DNA of 64,000 nucleotides from Phaeosaccion multiseriatum (GCA_965112735.1 OZ218957.1:186001-250000), one strand, 5' to 3'. Shown: positions 36,806 through 48,805, counted from the first letter of the stretch. The notes: generated by a model from the sequence alone, not told the origin. Numbers and translations are program-made.

Positions 36806-39535
36806 TTGAGGGGGAGGATGTAAGGCATCTAGAGGGGGTGCTTAAGGCCCTGGTGCTCGCTCAAGGGAGATTGTCAGCAATGCAGGCATGCGCGGGGGGG
36901 GGAGTGGGGGCGCGGCTTGGAGGTAGAGCCTTTGGGTGGGCATGCCTACCCATTGACCCACCACCACCGCCACCGCTGCTGCCTGCAGGTTGTCACCCCT
37001 CTGCACCTCCGCACTACCACTACCCAAGCCTACCTGTATCTTCTCCTGCGTGTGCGTGGCCAGCATAGGCTTGATTCCCCTCCACAGAGCGAAGAACACC
37101 CAAGGAACGTTGGTGATATAGCACTGACCACAGATGGAGGGAGAGGAGGGGGGGGGGAAGGGGTGGGCGCGTGGATGAGCGCATGGAGGAAATCCCTTCA
37201 CAAGAGAGAAGTAGCAGCCGGATGGCAGTGGATGGCAGTGGCTGGAGTGGCTGGCAGTGCCTGGCAGGTAGCCCCTCTACTCTTCGTCGCCGTCGAAAGC
37301 AGACGCCCATTTGCTGCCATCTGCCCCATCTCCCCGAGAGCAGGTGTGGCGCATCTTAGCGGCGCCGACCCCTCACCCCTCACATCTCCCCTCCTTCCGC
37401 CTGTAACTGTAACCTTTCTCCCCTAGTCCCTCCTCGCCCCTCTCTCCGCCCCACCAGCCCAAACACACTCAAACTAACATTCTCCATCCGTCTCAAGAAA
37501 ACAAACTCAAACTAACATTCTCCATCCGTCTCAGGATAACAAACTCAAACTAACATTCTCCATCCCTCTCAGGATAATAAACCCCAGCTCACCTTCTCCA
37601 TCATCTCTGGATAGTTGTCGCAGCTCAGCGTCATGACCTTGCCGAGGAGTTCCCTCCCTAGAGCCCCGGTGTGCTCCAGCCCGAAGCCCCGAAGGTCTCG
37701 GATTATCGTGTTGCGCGCTATCACCCCCCAGGGGACCTCCTCCTCCTCCTCCTCCTCCTCCTCCTCCTCCTCCTCCTCCTCATCATCATCATCATCAACA
37801 TACTCCCTACCCTCGCCCTCTTCCTCCTCTTCCTCCTCTTCCTCCTCGTCGTCACTCATCTCCGACTCTTCCTCCCCCTCCTCTGCCTCTTCGTTGTTTT
37901 TACAATCATCGTTTTTACACACGCCATCCTCCCCCCCCTCCTCTATTTCTCTATCTCCACTATTCGAAGCATCACCCTGACTACCGCTGCTGCCGCTGCT
38001 GCTGCTGCAGATGACCCCTCCTCCTCCTCCTCCTCCTCCTCCTCCTCCTCCTCCTCCTCCTGCTGCTGCTGCTCTTGCTCCTCCCCCTCCTGATGGGCCT
38101 TCTGTTTGTGGTACAGCAGCAGCCGCGGCAGCTGCTGCTCTCTCGGCAAGAACGAGCTTCTCTTTGGCATCAGATATGCTGCACACGCACACCACGCACA
38201 CACACACGGAAGGGAGCAGGACAAAGCACCGAAGGGTCACATGAGACGACAGCAACACAACAGCAACACGACAGGAGGAAGAGGATGACACAGCCATGGA
38301 TGGAACTCTCTCTCTCTCCCTCTGTTTGTCTTTCTCCCCTCCTCTGTCTCTTTCCTTCTCTCTGACCTTTCCAGCAGAATCTGCTTGAACTCTTGGCAGT
38401 AAATGTGAAATCGGAGAAACGCGTCAATATCGGGGAGCTCCGTGAGCACTTTCCGCGGGCTGAACTCGTAGCTCTCGTACGAGATGGGGTTTCGGTCATC
38501 GTCGAAGCAAGCGGGGTCGCAAAGGATCATGTCAAAGTGACGGGCCAAGAGCTCGCCGTGGGGAAAGTCTCTGGGGGAGGAGGAGGACAGGCGAGGAGAG
38601 GGGAGGAGGGGAAAGGGAAGGGGGGGCATGAGGGGGGGGAGAGTGGGGGGGGGGGGGGGCGAGGGGAGAGGGGGGAGAGAGGCAGGGAGTGCTTGGCTTG
38701 TACGCAGCGAAGAGGAGGAGAAGGAAGCGGAGGAGAGGTAAAGCCGGGCCAAATGTGGCAGGCACGCAGCTCCGCCTCCCTTGGAAGGGGAGAGGATGCA
38801 CACAGAGGGCCTAGACACATGACACCTGTGGTCGCACAGCTTTTGCTCGACGATCTCCTTGCGTATATCGTCAACGCCGTTCTCTTTGCGCCACTCGAGC
38901 ATTGCCCGCATCATGTCAACGGCCTTGTCCACGTCCTGGGGGCATTCATTCGTTGGGGGTCGGGCTCGGGGGTCAGACTCCCACAGACGGGAAGGAAAAG
39001 GGGCCAAGGGCACCACATATAGGGGGCATCGGGCACCCACCCCATCTGGAGGGAGTAGAGGCTGACCTCCGAGTTGGACTGTGGGATGCAAGCAAGGGAA
39101 CAGCAGACATGACACCACAGACACGCAGCAGAGCCACCTCTTGCTCCTCCTGCCCCTCGGGCTGCGGCTCACTCTGCACATACGGTACAGCCTCCTCCTC
39201 CTCCTCCTCCTCCTCCTCCTCCTCCTTACCTGTCTGTGGCCGTTGAGGAAGCGCACCATCCGCCGCTCCCCCACCACCTCGGGGAAGGGCTCGGCTGCGA
39301 TAAGCTCTGCCGCCAATCTCTCCTTCATCTCTGCCACCTTCTGCGTCTGCTCTCGGCTCCAGCGGCCGGGGACCCTCTGCCACTCGGGCTCCGGCGGTGT
39401 GAAGACGACCGTGGCCGAGACAGCCGCAGGAGTACCGTTGGCAGTGGAGGCGGGGGTCGGGGGCATGGGAATACCATCACCGCAGAAGTCTCCGTCCTCC
39501 TCCCCTTCCACTTCCGGTGTTCCCTGGGCTGCCAT
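34050..39535 (-). CDS. Sec14/CRAL-TRIO lipid-transfer domain + FYVE zinc finger + C-terminal hydrophobic tail
   Basis: CRAL-TRIO-N: RMVRFLNGHRQ|DVDKAVDMMRAMLEWRKENGVD. Core: IIRDLRGFGLEH...DNYPEMMEK|CYITNVPWVFFALWRGIKPMLATHTQEKIQ|VL. FYVE: WVPNSERDTCLHCLRAFSLVLRRHHCRMCGEIVCSKCS...RVCTDC. Tail LLFLFPLSFFFLLLFAL. Last exon is one open frame from ~36570 to 34050. Confidence 0.85.
37460..37580. repeat. ~39-bp AT-rich intronic minisatellite (CAAACTCAAACTAACATTCTCCATCCGTCTCA...), ~3 copies
   Basis: Three tandem units adjacent to a splice donor of the Sec14 gene. Confidence 0.85.
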
Positions 39536-39977
39536 TTTGAGGAGTCAGACCTCCTGTCCTACTCCTTGTGCTGCTCGTCCTGCTCGCGCTTCTCTTCCCT
39601 CTCGTCCTGCTCTTGCTGCTGCTCCGCGTTGATGCTTGGCCTCTCCATTGCAATGTTGCACCTTATCCTGTTCGCTTTGGAGGCACCTCTCGCTCTCCCT
39701 CTTAGCATTTCCGATCCTTCCTCCGCGGAGCTTTGCATCCATCTGTTCGGGACACAAACACGCGCCCCTCCCCACCTCCTGCTCTCTCTCTCTCTCTCTC
39801 TCTCTCTCGTTCTCAAGAGTCTGTTTTGGGACGGACCAACGGGAAGGGCGCGAAGAAACCAATTTAAGTTTCAAGTGGCTGTCCTAAATCCCCCGATCGA
39901 GATCGATCTCCAAAGACTTTTATAAGCGGGTTGCCGCGGCTGGTTGCCGCTTAATAGACCGCTGGATTGAAGGAAGG
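39536..39977. promoter_or_regulatory. Probable bidirectional promoter between the Sec14-FYVE and REP genes
   Basis: 442 bp between divergent ATGs. Contains an AT-richer patch with TTTTATAAG at ~39918-39926 and a (CT)n tract. Confidence 0.45.
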
Positions 39978-42900
39978 ATGGAGGAGGACTTCTTAGAAGA
40001 CCACTACGATGCCGTGGTGCTCGGAACTGGCATGGTGGAGAGCATCTTGGCCGCGTAAGTGAAGCACTGCCTGCTTTCCTCCCTCTCCCTCTCTTTCTCC
40101 CATTGTCCACTCTGCTGCGCCCTGACGTCGAAGGGCGCGTGTCAGATCGCCAAGGGAGGCACGGAACTACAGCACGAAGATGGGGGAAGCCTGCAGCACC
40201 CGCGGAACTGTGTCTATCTGTTGATGCTCATCTCCTCCACCTTGTTCCTGCCCTGCTCGACCCCCCTCCACTGCACTTCTCAGGGCCTTGGCGAAAGCAG
40301 GCAAGACCGTGCTGCACCTGGATAGGGTGAGTTGCGGTGGAGGGGGGTGACTTCTATGGGGGAAGAGGAGCAGAAGGAGGACGAGGAGGATGGGGAGGGG
40401 AGGAGGAGGACGGGGGGTGCGCACAGGGGAATCTTACGCCCTGTCTTGAATGTGTCTCCGTCCGCGTGTACATACATACCCTCACAGAACAGCTACTATG
40501 GAAACGAACACGCCAGCTTCACCTTCACGGGCTTTCTAGAGTGGGCCAAAGCGATGCAAGCCGAGCAAGCCCTAGAAACAGGGGAGGAGGGGATCTCGGC
40601 AGAGGAAGCGCGCTACACATCGGTAGGGAAAGACCAGGAGGAGGGGTCAGTGGCGCAAGAGATACTAGAAACACTGGCGAAGGGTCACTTGAGGAGCAGG
40701 AGGAAGAAGGAACAGAAGAGAGAAGAAGAAGAAGAACGGGAAGCAAGGAAGAAGAAGCAGGAGAAGAAGAGAGATGAGGGGGAGGAGAGCAAGGGGAAGG
40801 AAGCCAGGAAGGAGGAGAGGGAGGTAAGCACAGGCAAGCAAATCGCAGCTCTAGAAGGAGGATCGGAGGAGGGAGTGGATGGCGTGCAGGAGCACTTGGC
40901 GAAGGGGCACGAGCCAGCGACCGATGGAGAAGAGGTGGTCGCGCAGAAGAGGGCGGGAGGAGGCGGTGGTGGACAAGAGGCGCCTGCTTCCCCTGACCCA
41001 AGCAAGAGCCCAGGCCCAGCCAGCATCCCTGCTGGTGATAGTGGTGGTGGTGGTGCTGATGCTGCTGCTGCTGCTGATGATGATGATGATGCTGAGCAGA
41101 CAGGCTCGAGCCGTGCCGACGGGGGTGGAGTGGAGCCTGAGGGGCAGACGAAGCAAGGACAGGAGCCACCCGTCGTTGTCGACGAGGAGCCCACACGAGA
41201 GGAGACTGATAGCCTGATTGGGTCGTGGCAGAGGCCCAACTTGATGCCCCTGAGGCGCTGCACGGCCCAGGCCCAGGCGGGTGTGCGTATTACCTCCGTC
41301 AGCGACTTGTGCGAGACAGAGCTTGCCGCCGAGACGGCCCTCGACTCGGAAACCGAGGGGATCTCCCCCGGGGCGGCTTGGCAGGCCAGGAGGGAACGAA
41401 GGCCCTCGCACCCCGTCTGGATTGGCCGCAAGCCAAGGCGGCTCACCAGCAGCACGACTGTCGACATGGACTTTAAAGTCGACGTCGAGAAGCAACATCC
41501 AGGTGGGTGTGTTTGGGAGGCGGGTGGTGCGTGCTTGTACCCCAACTGTACCCATGAAACGGTGGAGGTGGCATCTCAGTTCCTTGCCCCCCGCGCTGGC
41601 AGAGGCAAGATCAGCCTGTGTGGGGTGGGGCAGGCAGGGGGAGAGTGTGAGGCTGTGTGGCTGTGAGGCCGTGTGGCTGTGAGGCTGTGCGGCTGTGAGG
41701 CTGTGAGGCTGTGTGGCTGTTAAATTCACTTGCCCACCACACACCATACACGTAGGTCCTGCTCTCTCCCTCTCTCCACTGCCATCCCCGACTCACTCGT
41801 ATGAGCCCGCCTCCCCTCCCCTCCCCTCCCCTCCCCCGCTGGATGGCAGCCTACGCCGGGTACAGGGCTGAGGTGGAGCTCTGTGTGTCAGACCTCGTGG
41901 AGAACTCTCGGGCCTTCAACATTGACCTCACCGCACAGGTAGGGGGGCACGCTCGACAGTCGGCAGTCGACAGCTGTGACCAGCCTTACGTGACTTGCTT
42001 AGGCATGAACTGCTTGTCCAGGAGGAGAGCAGGGAGAGGAGAGAGAGAGAGAGGGAGAGACCGAGAGAGAGAGGGAGAGACAGAGAGAGAGGGTGTTTTT
42101 GTGTTAAAACCCGGCGGCGACAAGGAGTGGGTGTATCCTGAGATGGTGTCTTGCAGGGGACGAACAAACCCCACCCCCAACCCTAATGAACTTGCCCCAA
42201 TCAAGGCGTTTCATAGTAACGCCTCTTGCTCATTGCCTGCCCGGTGTGTGCGTGTGGCGGCTTCGTGCGTGCTTCGTGCTGCAGCTGGTGCTGGGCAGGG
42301 GGCAGTCTGTGGAGGCACTCGTGTACTCGGGAGTCAGCAACTACCTCGAGTTCAAGTCCATGGTGGGTCGGGGATGGCAGTGGATGGGTACGTGGCTGGC
42401 TTGCTGGCTGGCTAGAGGAATGCGGCTGGATGGCACTTGACGCTCATCTACGCCACTTCCTCCCGCTCTGCCACTCACTCCCTCCCTCCTGCTGATATTC
42501 ATCGCCACTGATGCGTCCATCCATCCATCCACTACCATCCATTGCCATCCATCGAACAGGAGAGCCTGTGGATCGGGAAAGAGGTACCCACCTCGTCCTT
42601 AGAGGGGGGCGGGCTTTCTCTCTCAAGGGTGCCTTGCACCAAGAGGTGGGTCTTCGTAGGACCAGTCACAAATGGCCCGGGGACACAGCACGAACGGGTG
42701 GGCGGGCGGCGGGTGGGTGGGTACAGACTGCATTTTCACACACATGCACGCACGCACACACGCACGCACGCATGCTCTGAAGCCCACCCACCTCGCCCTC
42801 TGCGTTGCCCTGCTCTGCGTCCCGCCCCCCTCGGGGCCCTCCCCCCCTCGGGTCCTGCCCGCCACCCCCCTCGTGTTCCTCGCCTCCCGTCCCTTAGCGA

Positions 42901-43288
42901 CATGTTCAAGACGGGGCTGCTGACCCCCCTGGAGAAGCGCAAGATGATGAAGTTCCTGCAGTTCGTCAACGACTGGGGCACCAGGCAGGCAAGGCATATG
43001 GGCAGGGGCATGGCATGAGACAGGGGCTCGCCGAAACGGTGCAAGGGAAAGGGAGGCATTTGAAAGAAAATCAATCTCTCACCACACACACATCTGTTCT
43101 TGATCAGTTAGTCAGCAAGTCGCCAATCTCCACCCTCTCTTCCCCTCCCCCCCCCCTCCAGTCCGGAGAAGAGGTACTCCACCAGAACGAGGAAGGTGGC
43201 AGGGGCCTGTTGCAGGGAAGGAGCTTGCAGCGACCACAGAATAAAGGCGCCACCTACAGCGACTACGTGAGTGTGCGTGTGCGTGTGC

Positions 43289-43374
<86 letters not shown>

Positions 43375-43397
43375 ATCGTGTGTGTGTGGGTGTGTGC

Positions 43398-43431
<34 letters not shown>

Positions 43432-45633
43432 GCGTGTGAGATTCCAGTCTGAGTTTCCGCTGGGAGTGGGGTTTACAAGTCATGCCACGGGGCTGGGCTG
43501 CTCTGCTGCCAAGGCAAAGCGCGAATGTGCACTACGCCACACTGGGCCACCGCAGCACGGCACGGCAGCTCATCAATGCCTTAGGATGAAATGCCCACTC
43601 ACATCCTACCCTCTCCATCCATTGCCATCCACGACCTCTCCATCCATTGCCATCCACTTCCCTCTTCCTCAGAACGTGGACTCCCTACTGGACAGCGCGG
43701 GCTTCGGCTTCTTCTTGGAGCAAGCGCCTCTGCCGCCCAAACTCGTGCAGATGGTAACCTACGCCCTCGCGCTGCTGGTGCAGGAGGACCACGGGAGGGA
43801 GAGGGACGCGCGCATATCGCCAACAGCAGCCGAGCCACTCGTGGGTGGGGGAGGAGGAGGAGGAGGAGGAGGAGGAGGAGAAGGAGGAGGAGGGGTAGAA
43901 GGCAGTAGCCCGAGCAGTGGCAGCGGCGGAGCGAATGCCCTAGGCTGGCGGGGGCCGAGCACTCGAGAGGGTCTGTCGGCAGTGAGCACTCGAGAGGGTC
44001 TGTCGGCAGTGTTCCGCCACCTCTCAGCACTAGGGCAGTTCGGGGAGACGGCCTTTCTGGCGCCTCTGTACGGCCTTGGGGAGCTGCCGCAGGCCTTCTG
44101 CAGAGTGGCGGCCGTATACGGTGAGTGTGCTTGGGGGGCAGAGAGAGGACCCAACTTACTTAACTTGGCAGGGTGGAGGTTTGTCTGCCAGGCGCCTTGC
44201 CTGCCCCTTCCATGTGTGTGTAGGCGAGGGGAGGGAGAGGGAGGCGGGGTGAGGGGCGGGGAGAGCTCTAAGCTGCTCTCGAATGGACTGAAGTGACCGA
44301 ATGGACTACTGAATTGGCTGAATTGACACAATTGAATGCCCTCTGTGCCCCCCTCCCGTGGCCTGGCAGGCGGGGTGTACATCCTCGGGCGCTCCTTGTC
44401 AAGCCTGGTGGTGGACTCTGCTTCCAACAAGTAAGGCAAGGAGGGTAGGCAAATGCCTTGACTCTAGTTGGGTAGGGTAGGGAAGGGAGGGAAGGGAGGG
44501 TAGGGTAGGGTGGGGTAGGATAGGGTAGGGCAGGGTAGGGTAGGGTAGGGTAGGGTAGGGTAGGGCAGGGTGGGATAGGGTAGGGTAGGGTAGGGTAGGG
44601 TAGGGTAGGGTAGGGTGGGGTAGGGTAGGGTGGGGTAGGGTAGGGTAGGATAGGGTAGAGTAGGGTAGGGTAGGGTGGGGTAGGGTAAGGTAGGGTAGGG
44701 TGGGGTAGGGTAGGGTAGGGTGGGGTAGGGTAGGGTAGGGTGGGGTTGGGTAAGGTAGGGTAGGGTACGGTAGGGTAGGGTGGGGTAGGGTAGGGTAGGG
44801 TGGGGTAGGGTAGGGTGGGGTAGGGTAGGGTAGGGTGGGGTAGGGTAGGGTGGGGTAGGGTAGGGTGGGGTAGGGTAGGGTAGGGTAGGGTAGGGCAGGG
44901 TAGGGCAGGGTAGGGTAGGGCAGGGTAGGGTAGGGTAAGAGCAGGGCAGGTCAGCCAGCGTCCGACTTGCGTGGGCCGACGTTTGTGCTGCCTTCCCTCC
45001 CATCGAGTTGTGTGCCCCATCAACGAGAGACCGGCAGGGCAGAGTAGAGCTAGGCAGAGTAGAGCAGGGCAGAGTAGAGCAGGGCAGAGTAGAGCAGGGC
45101 AGAGCGGAGCAGAGCAGGGAAGTGCTCGCACCACACGCCACCATCGAAGGAAGTCTCTGGTCCAAACGCTCCAATCGAAGGAAGGCACTGGAAGGAGGGC
45201 AAGCGAAAGACGGGCAACACCACCCCCCCCTCACGGCCCGTATGCCCCCCCCTGTGCGCAGATGCATCGGTATTGTTCTGGAGGTCCCCGAGGGGGATGC
45301 AGCAGAGGCCCAAGCTCAAGCAGCAGAGGCCCAAGCTCAAGCAGCAGAGGCCTCCGAGGGATCTGTCCCCACCGCTTCGCAGCCCCCTGGGGGCAGGGCC
45401 ATCGCCTGTGACGTCATCGTGTGCGGCGAGCGCTACTTGCCCCCCCAGGTGAGGGCGCCCCCCGGGGTGCCCACCCGGCCCATAGGCTCCTTACCAGCGC
45501 AGAGCGGGGCCGAGCGAAAGGACGGAATGAGGAAGCAAGCAAAGCAATCAATGCATGCGATGCCCTTTGTTCCGTCACACTCGTCTGCACCCCACACACT
45601 TTCTCTCTCCCTCTCTCTCTCTCTCTCTCTCAC

Positions 45634-45680
<47 letters not shown>

Positions 45681-47077
45681 TACTCTGTTTGGTCCCCCTT
45701 CCTCTTGTTGCTGAAACCCCTCCTGCACCCCCCTTCTCTTACCGCGTGTGCCTTGGCAGCTGCAGGGCCCTGTGAGTGGCCGTATTTGCCGCCGAGTGAG
45801 CGTCATGAGTGGGCCGGTCATGCCCCAACAGGCGAGAGGAGCGGCCGTGCTGCCTCCCCGACTACCCCGCCTCGGAAACAACGCCTGCGCCGTGCACGCC
45901 GTGCAGTTGGACGACTCTCTCCAAGTGTGCTCGGCAGGGACGTGTCTGCTGCACCTCACCACCACTCTGCAGGACCGACCGTTACCGTTTCCGTTACCGT
46001 TACAGAAGAACTCTACAGAAAGCCCTTCTCCGGCGGCGGCGGCGGCGGATGACGGGTCGTGCCTGGGCGAAGCGGCGCGGGCCCTTGCTGCGGCAGCGTG
46101 TGTGAAGGAGGTGTGGAGCGCGGAGTGGGAGACCCTCGTGCGCAAAGCGCCGCCGCTGCCCCCCAGAGCAAAGAGGGCAAAGCGTCGACGTGCCTCAGGC
46201 CCAGCCGATGCGGCCACCGAGTCTACTGCTACTGATGTTGGTGCTACAGATGCTACAGATGGTGGTAATGCTCCAGAGGGTGACGGGCGTGGAGGGGGCT
46301 GTGTCGGCCTGCCCGTGCCTGCCAACGTCGGCGTGGTGGGCTCGGAGCTGCAGCAGCTGTACTTTCACGACGCCATGGAGCAGGTGTGGGTTTGTGCGTG
46401 CGTGGCTCCCTCCCGTCCGACTCCACCTCTCTCTCTCTCCTTGGGGCTGTCTCTCTGGCCGATTGACTGACTGACTGACTGACTGACCGGTGGGCCGGTT
46501 AAGCCCTTGTGTCTTAACTGTCTAGCATGGCCCTGAATGCGAATGTCCCCTCATTGTCTCATTGTCTTACCTCTCTCTTCCTCCCTCCCCATCTCTCTCT
46601 ATCTCTGTCTCTCACTCTGCCTTTCTCCACTCTCCCCCTCTCCCCCTCTCTCACCCTCGCTCGCGCTCTCCTTTCCCCCCATCTCTCCTTCTCGTTCCAT
46701 CTCCCCCCCCACCCCTTTCCAGGCCAAAGAGCTGTTCGAGCGGCTGTGTCCAGACGCTGACTTCTTCGACAAGCAAATCTTCCTCAACAAAGAGGTACGT
46801 AGGCAGACCGCAGATTGGGTCGGTCAACACCCAAGAGCACACAGCTCACCCACGTGCTTTGTTGCCCCCGCAGCTCCCACGTGCTTTGTTCCAAGCGTGA
46901 CAAGACAAGTCTCCTCTCCCCTCCGTCCCTTCCCCTCTCTCCCTTGTTGTTGTTGGGCACCTCCCCCCCTCTCTCCCTTGTTGGGCACCCCCCCCCCCTC
47001 TCCTATTGCTGCGGTGGCAGGCGGAGCAAGACTCCGAGAGAGATATGCTCGAGAACGCGGCGGCAGGAGTGCAGTGA
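39978..47077 (+). CDS. REP: Rab escort protein (GDI/CHM family; Rab geranylgeranyltransferase component A)
   Basis: [26 protein letters not shown]|[13 protein letters not shown]|..NSYYG, then a long insertion typical of REP rather than [27 protein letters not shown]|[44 protein letters not shown]|[20 protein letters not shown]. Last exon [18 protein letters not shown] ends at 47077. Confidence 0.92.
44472..44937 (+). repeat. (TAGGG)n / (TGGGG)n pentamer array in a REP intron, ~465 bp
   Basis: About 90 tandem G3-containing pentamers. Confidence 0.95.
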
Positions 47078-47139
47078 GTACAGTGAGTACAGTCAGTGCA
47101 GTGAGTGCAGCGGCAGTTGGCTGACAGCATGACTTACAG

Positions 47140-47900
47140 CGGTTGGTGATACAGGCTCTTCACGGCAAGGACTGTCCCTGGGATGAATGTGTGTGTACGG
47201 CAACATTAGACAATGAGCAGGATGCCCCCCCCTGGGTATTCTGCAGTGGCTGCGATCCGAACATCTGCCGCGGAAGGAGAGGTGTCCTTGGAGTGAGCAC
47301 ATGTGTGGCTGTGCTGCAGCGAGAGGGAATCTGGAGGTGTGGAAGTGGCTACTGTCGGGGGAGCGAAGGCAAAGCCCATTTTTGGAGTTTTTTGGCGGCC
47401 ATTTTCTGGGCCTGCCTCGCCTTGTAGACATGAAGAAATTCCTACACGGATACCACCTGACGCGCTATCGCCGCCAATAAAGCCGATGAGGTACTGCCGT
47501 TATCATCTTGGCTTGTATGGGAGGGTACGTTACGTTCCCGTCGTGGAGTCCCTGCTCAATCATCCTCGCACGAGAGCTTTACTTGAAGAGAATCAATGGC
47601 GCGGTGCGGCTCTATGTTCGCTGCGTCAGAGGGACAACTTGGGGTGCTGCAGCTCCTCCACGCCAATGCCCGCCTGCTCTGTGATTGGGATGAGTGGGAT
47701 GAGTGGGTCTGTCAGAATGCGGTCTTGCATGTACGCTAAGAGCCTGCCGATGCTCCAGTGGCTCCGATCAGACCATGTGAAGTGTGCGTGGAGCGAGTGG
47801 TCGTGCCCACAGGTCCTCAGGGACAGGGAGAGAAATGTGTTTTCTTCGAGGAGATGGAAGCAGTGGGTGCATGCCAATGGACACAGCCGCTGCAACGGCC
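47140..47900 (+). pseudogene. 5'-truncated, frameshifted copy (E) of the intronless ankyrin-like family
   Basis: VIQALHGKDCPWDECVC..., ILQWLRS..KERCPW, AAARGNLEVWKWLL, HPRTRALLEEN, GVLQLLHANA, SLPMLQWLRS..KCAW, KQWVHANGH are spread over different frames. Stretches such as ggggtgctgcagctcctccacgccaatgc are identical to 32986-33014. Confidence 0.85.
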
Positions 47901-48627
47901 ACAGGACTGCGCAGAGCGATGGTGGCGAGGCCGGGAGGAGCGCCAGTTGTGAGGAGTGAGGGCGCTCTTTAGCTGAATGACCACAGGCCGTGCAACGCGA
48001 GTCAACAGCTCTCTCTGCGGGGCGAAGAAGGCGCCCCTTCACGACGGGAGGGAAGTCGAGTCTCTTCTCTGTCTGTTAAAAGTCTGAGAGTTAAAAGGGG
48101 TGAAGAGGACTGTCGATGCTGCGATGCCCCCGCCCCCCCCTCCCTCCCTGTTCTTCCTCTCTACTATTCCTTTTTCTTTCCAAAGTCACATGCACTGCAA
48201 ACTGCAAACTGACGTGTGGTACCGTGCCTTGCCGTGCTTCAGACTGCAGAGGCCATGAGGGAACACTTCCGTCTCAGTCCATTCGCCCTCGAACGCCTGT
48301 CAAGCCGTGAGTCGCTTGCAGCACAGCCCAGGCCGAGGGACATACACGTCGGTTGTGCTTGCTCCGCTGGGCAGGTGCCCATATGCCTGTGCGGTTCACA
48401 CGTTCACAGACCCGCACCTTGCTACACCAGTTGGTTCTTCGTTGCTGACCTACCCACACAACGCCTGTGCGGCTCGCGACTGCTGCTGAAGGCTTGCTGG
48501 ACACCCCCCTCGGGGACCGCTGCCTGTCTGCCCATATGCCTGCCCATACGCCTGCTCTGCCCTTGCCGATTCAATGTTCGTTCTGCTGCCTTCGTGGGCA
48601 GAGCAGAAGAGAGAGAGAGAGAGAGGG

Positions 48628-48805
48628 AAGAGCTGTGGGTCCCGAGAGAAAGAGGGAGAAAGGGGAAGAGCAGTGGGGTCCCGAGAGAGGGAGGGAGAAA
48701 GGGGAAGAGCTGTGGGGTCCCGAGAGAAAGAGCGAGAAAGGGGAAGAGCAGCGGGGTCCCGAGAGAGGGAGGGAGAAAGGGGAAGAGCTGTGGGGTCCCG
48801 AGAGA
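48628..48805. repeat. ~39-bp minisatellite (GGGTCCCGAGAGA..GAAAGGGGAAGAGC..), ~4.5 copies
   Basis: Tandem units with alternating variants. Confidence 0.9.

Noticed and set aside
39536-39874. In-frame upstream ORF ending TGA-CTC 9 nt before the Sec14 ATG, as a readthrough or selenocysteine site
   Set aside because: The upstream peptide has no recognisable features and I saw no SECIS-like element; it is better treated as 5' UTR or uORF.
44268-45267. Extensin-like (PYPTL)n ORFs on the minus strand
   Set aside because: Translation of the (CCCTA)n microsatellite antisense to a REP intron.
9743-47959. Endogenous giant-virus segment suggested by virus-like ankyrin genes
   Set aside because: No viral hallmark genes (capsid, polB, A32 ATPase), no composition shift, and the neighbours are normal spliced host genes.
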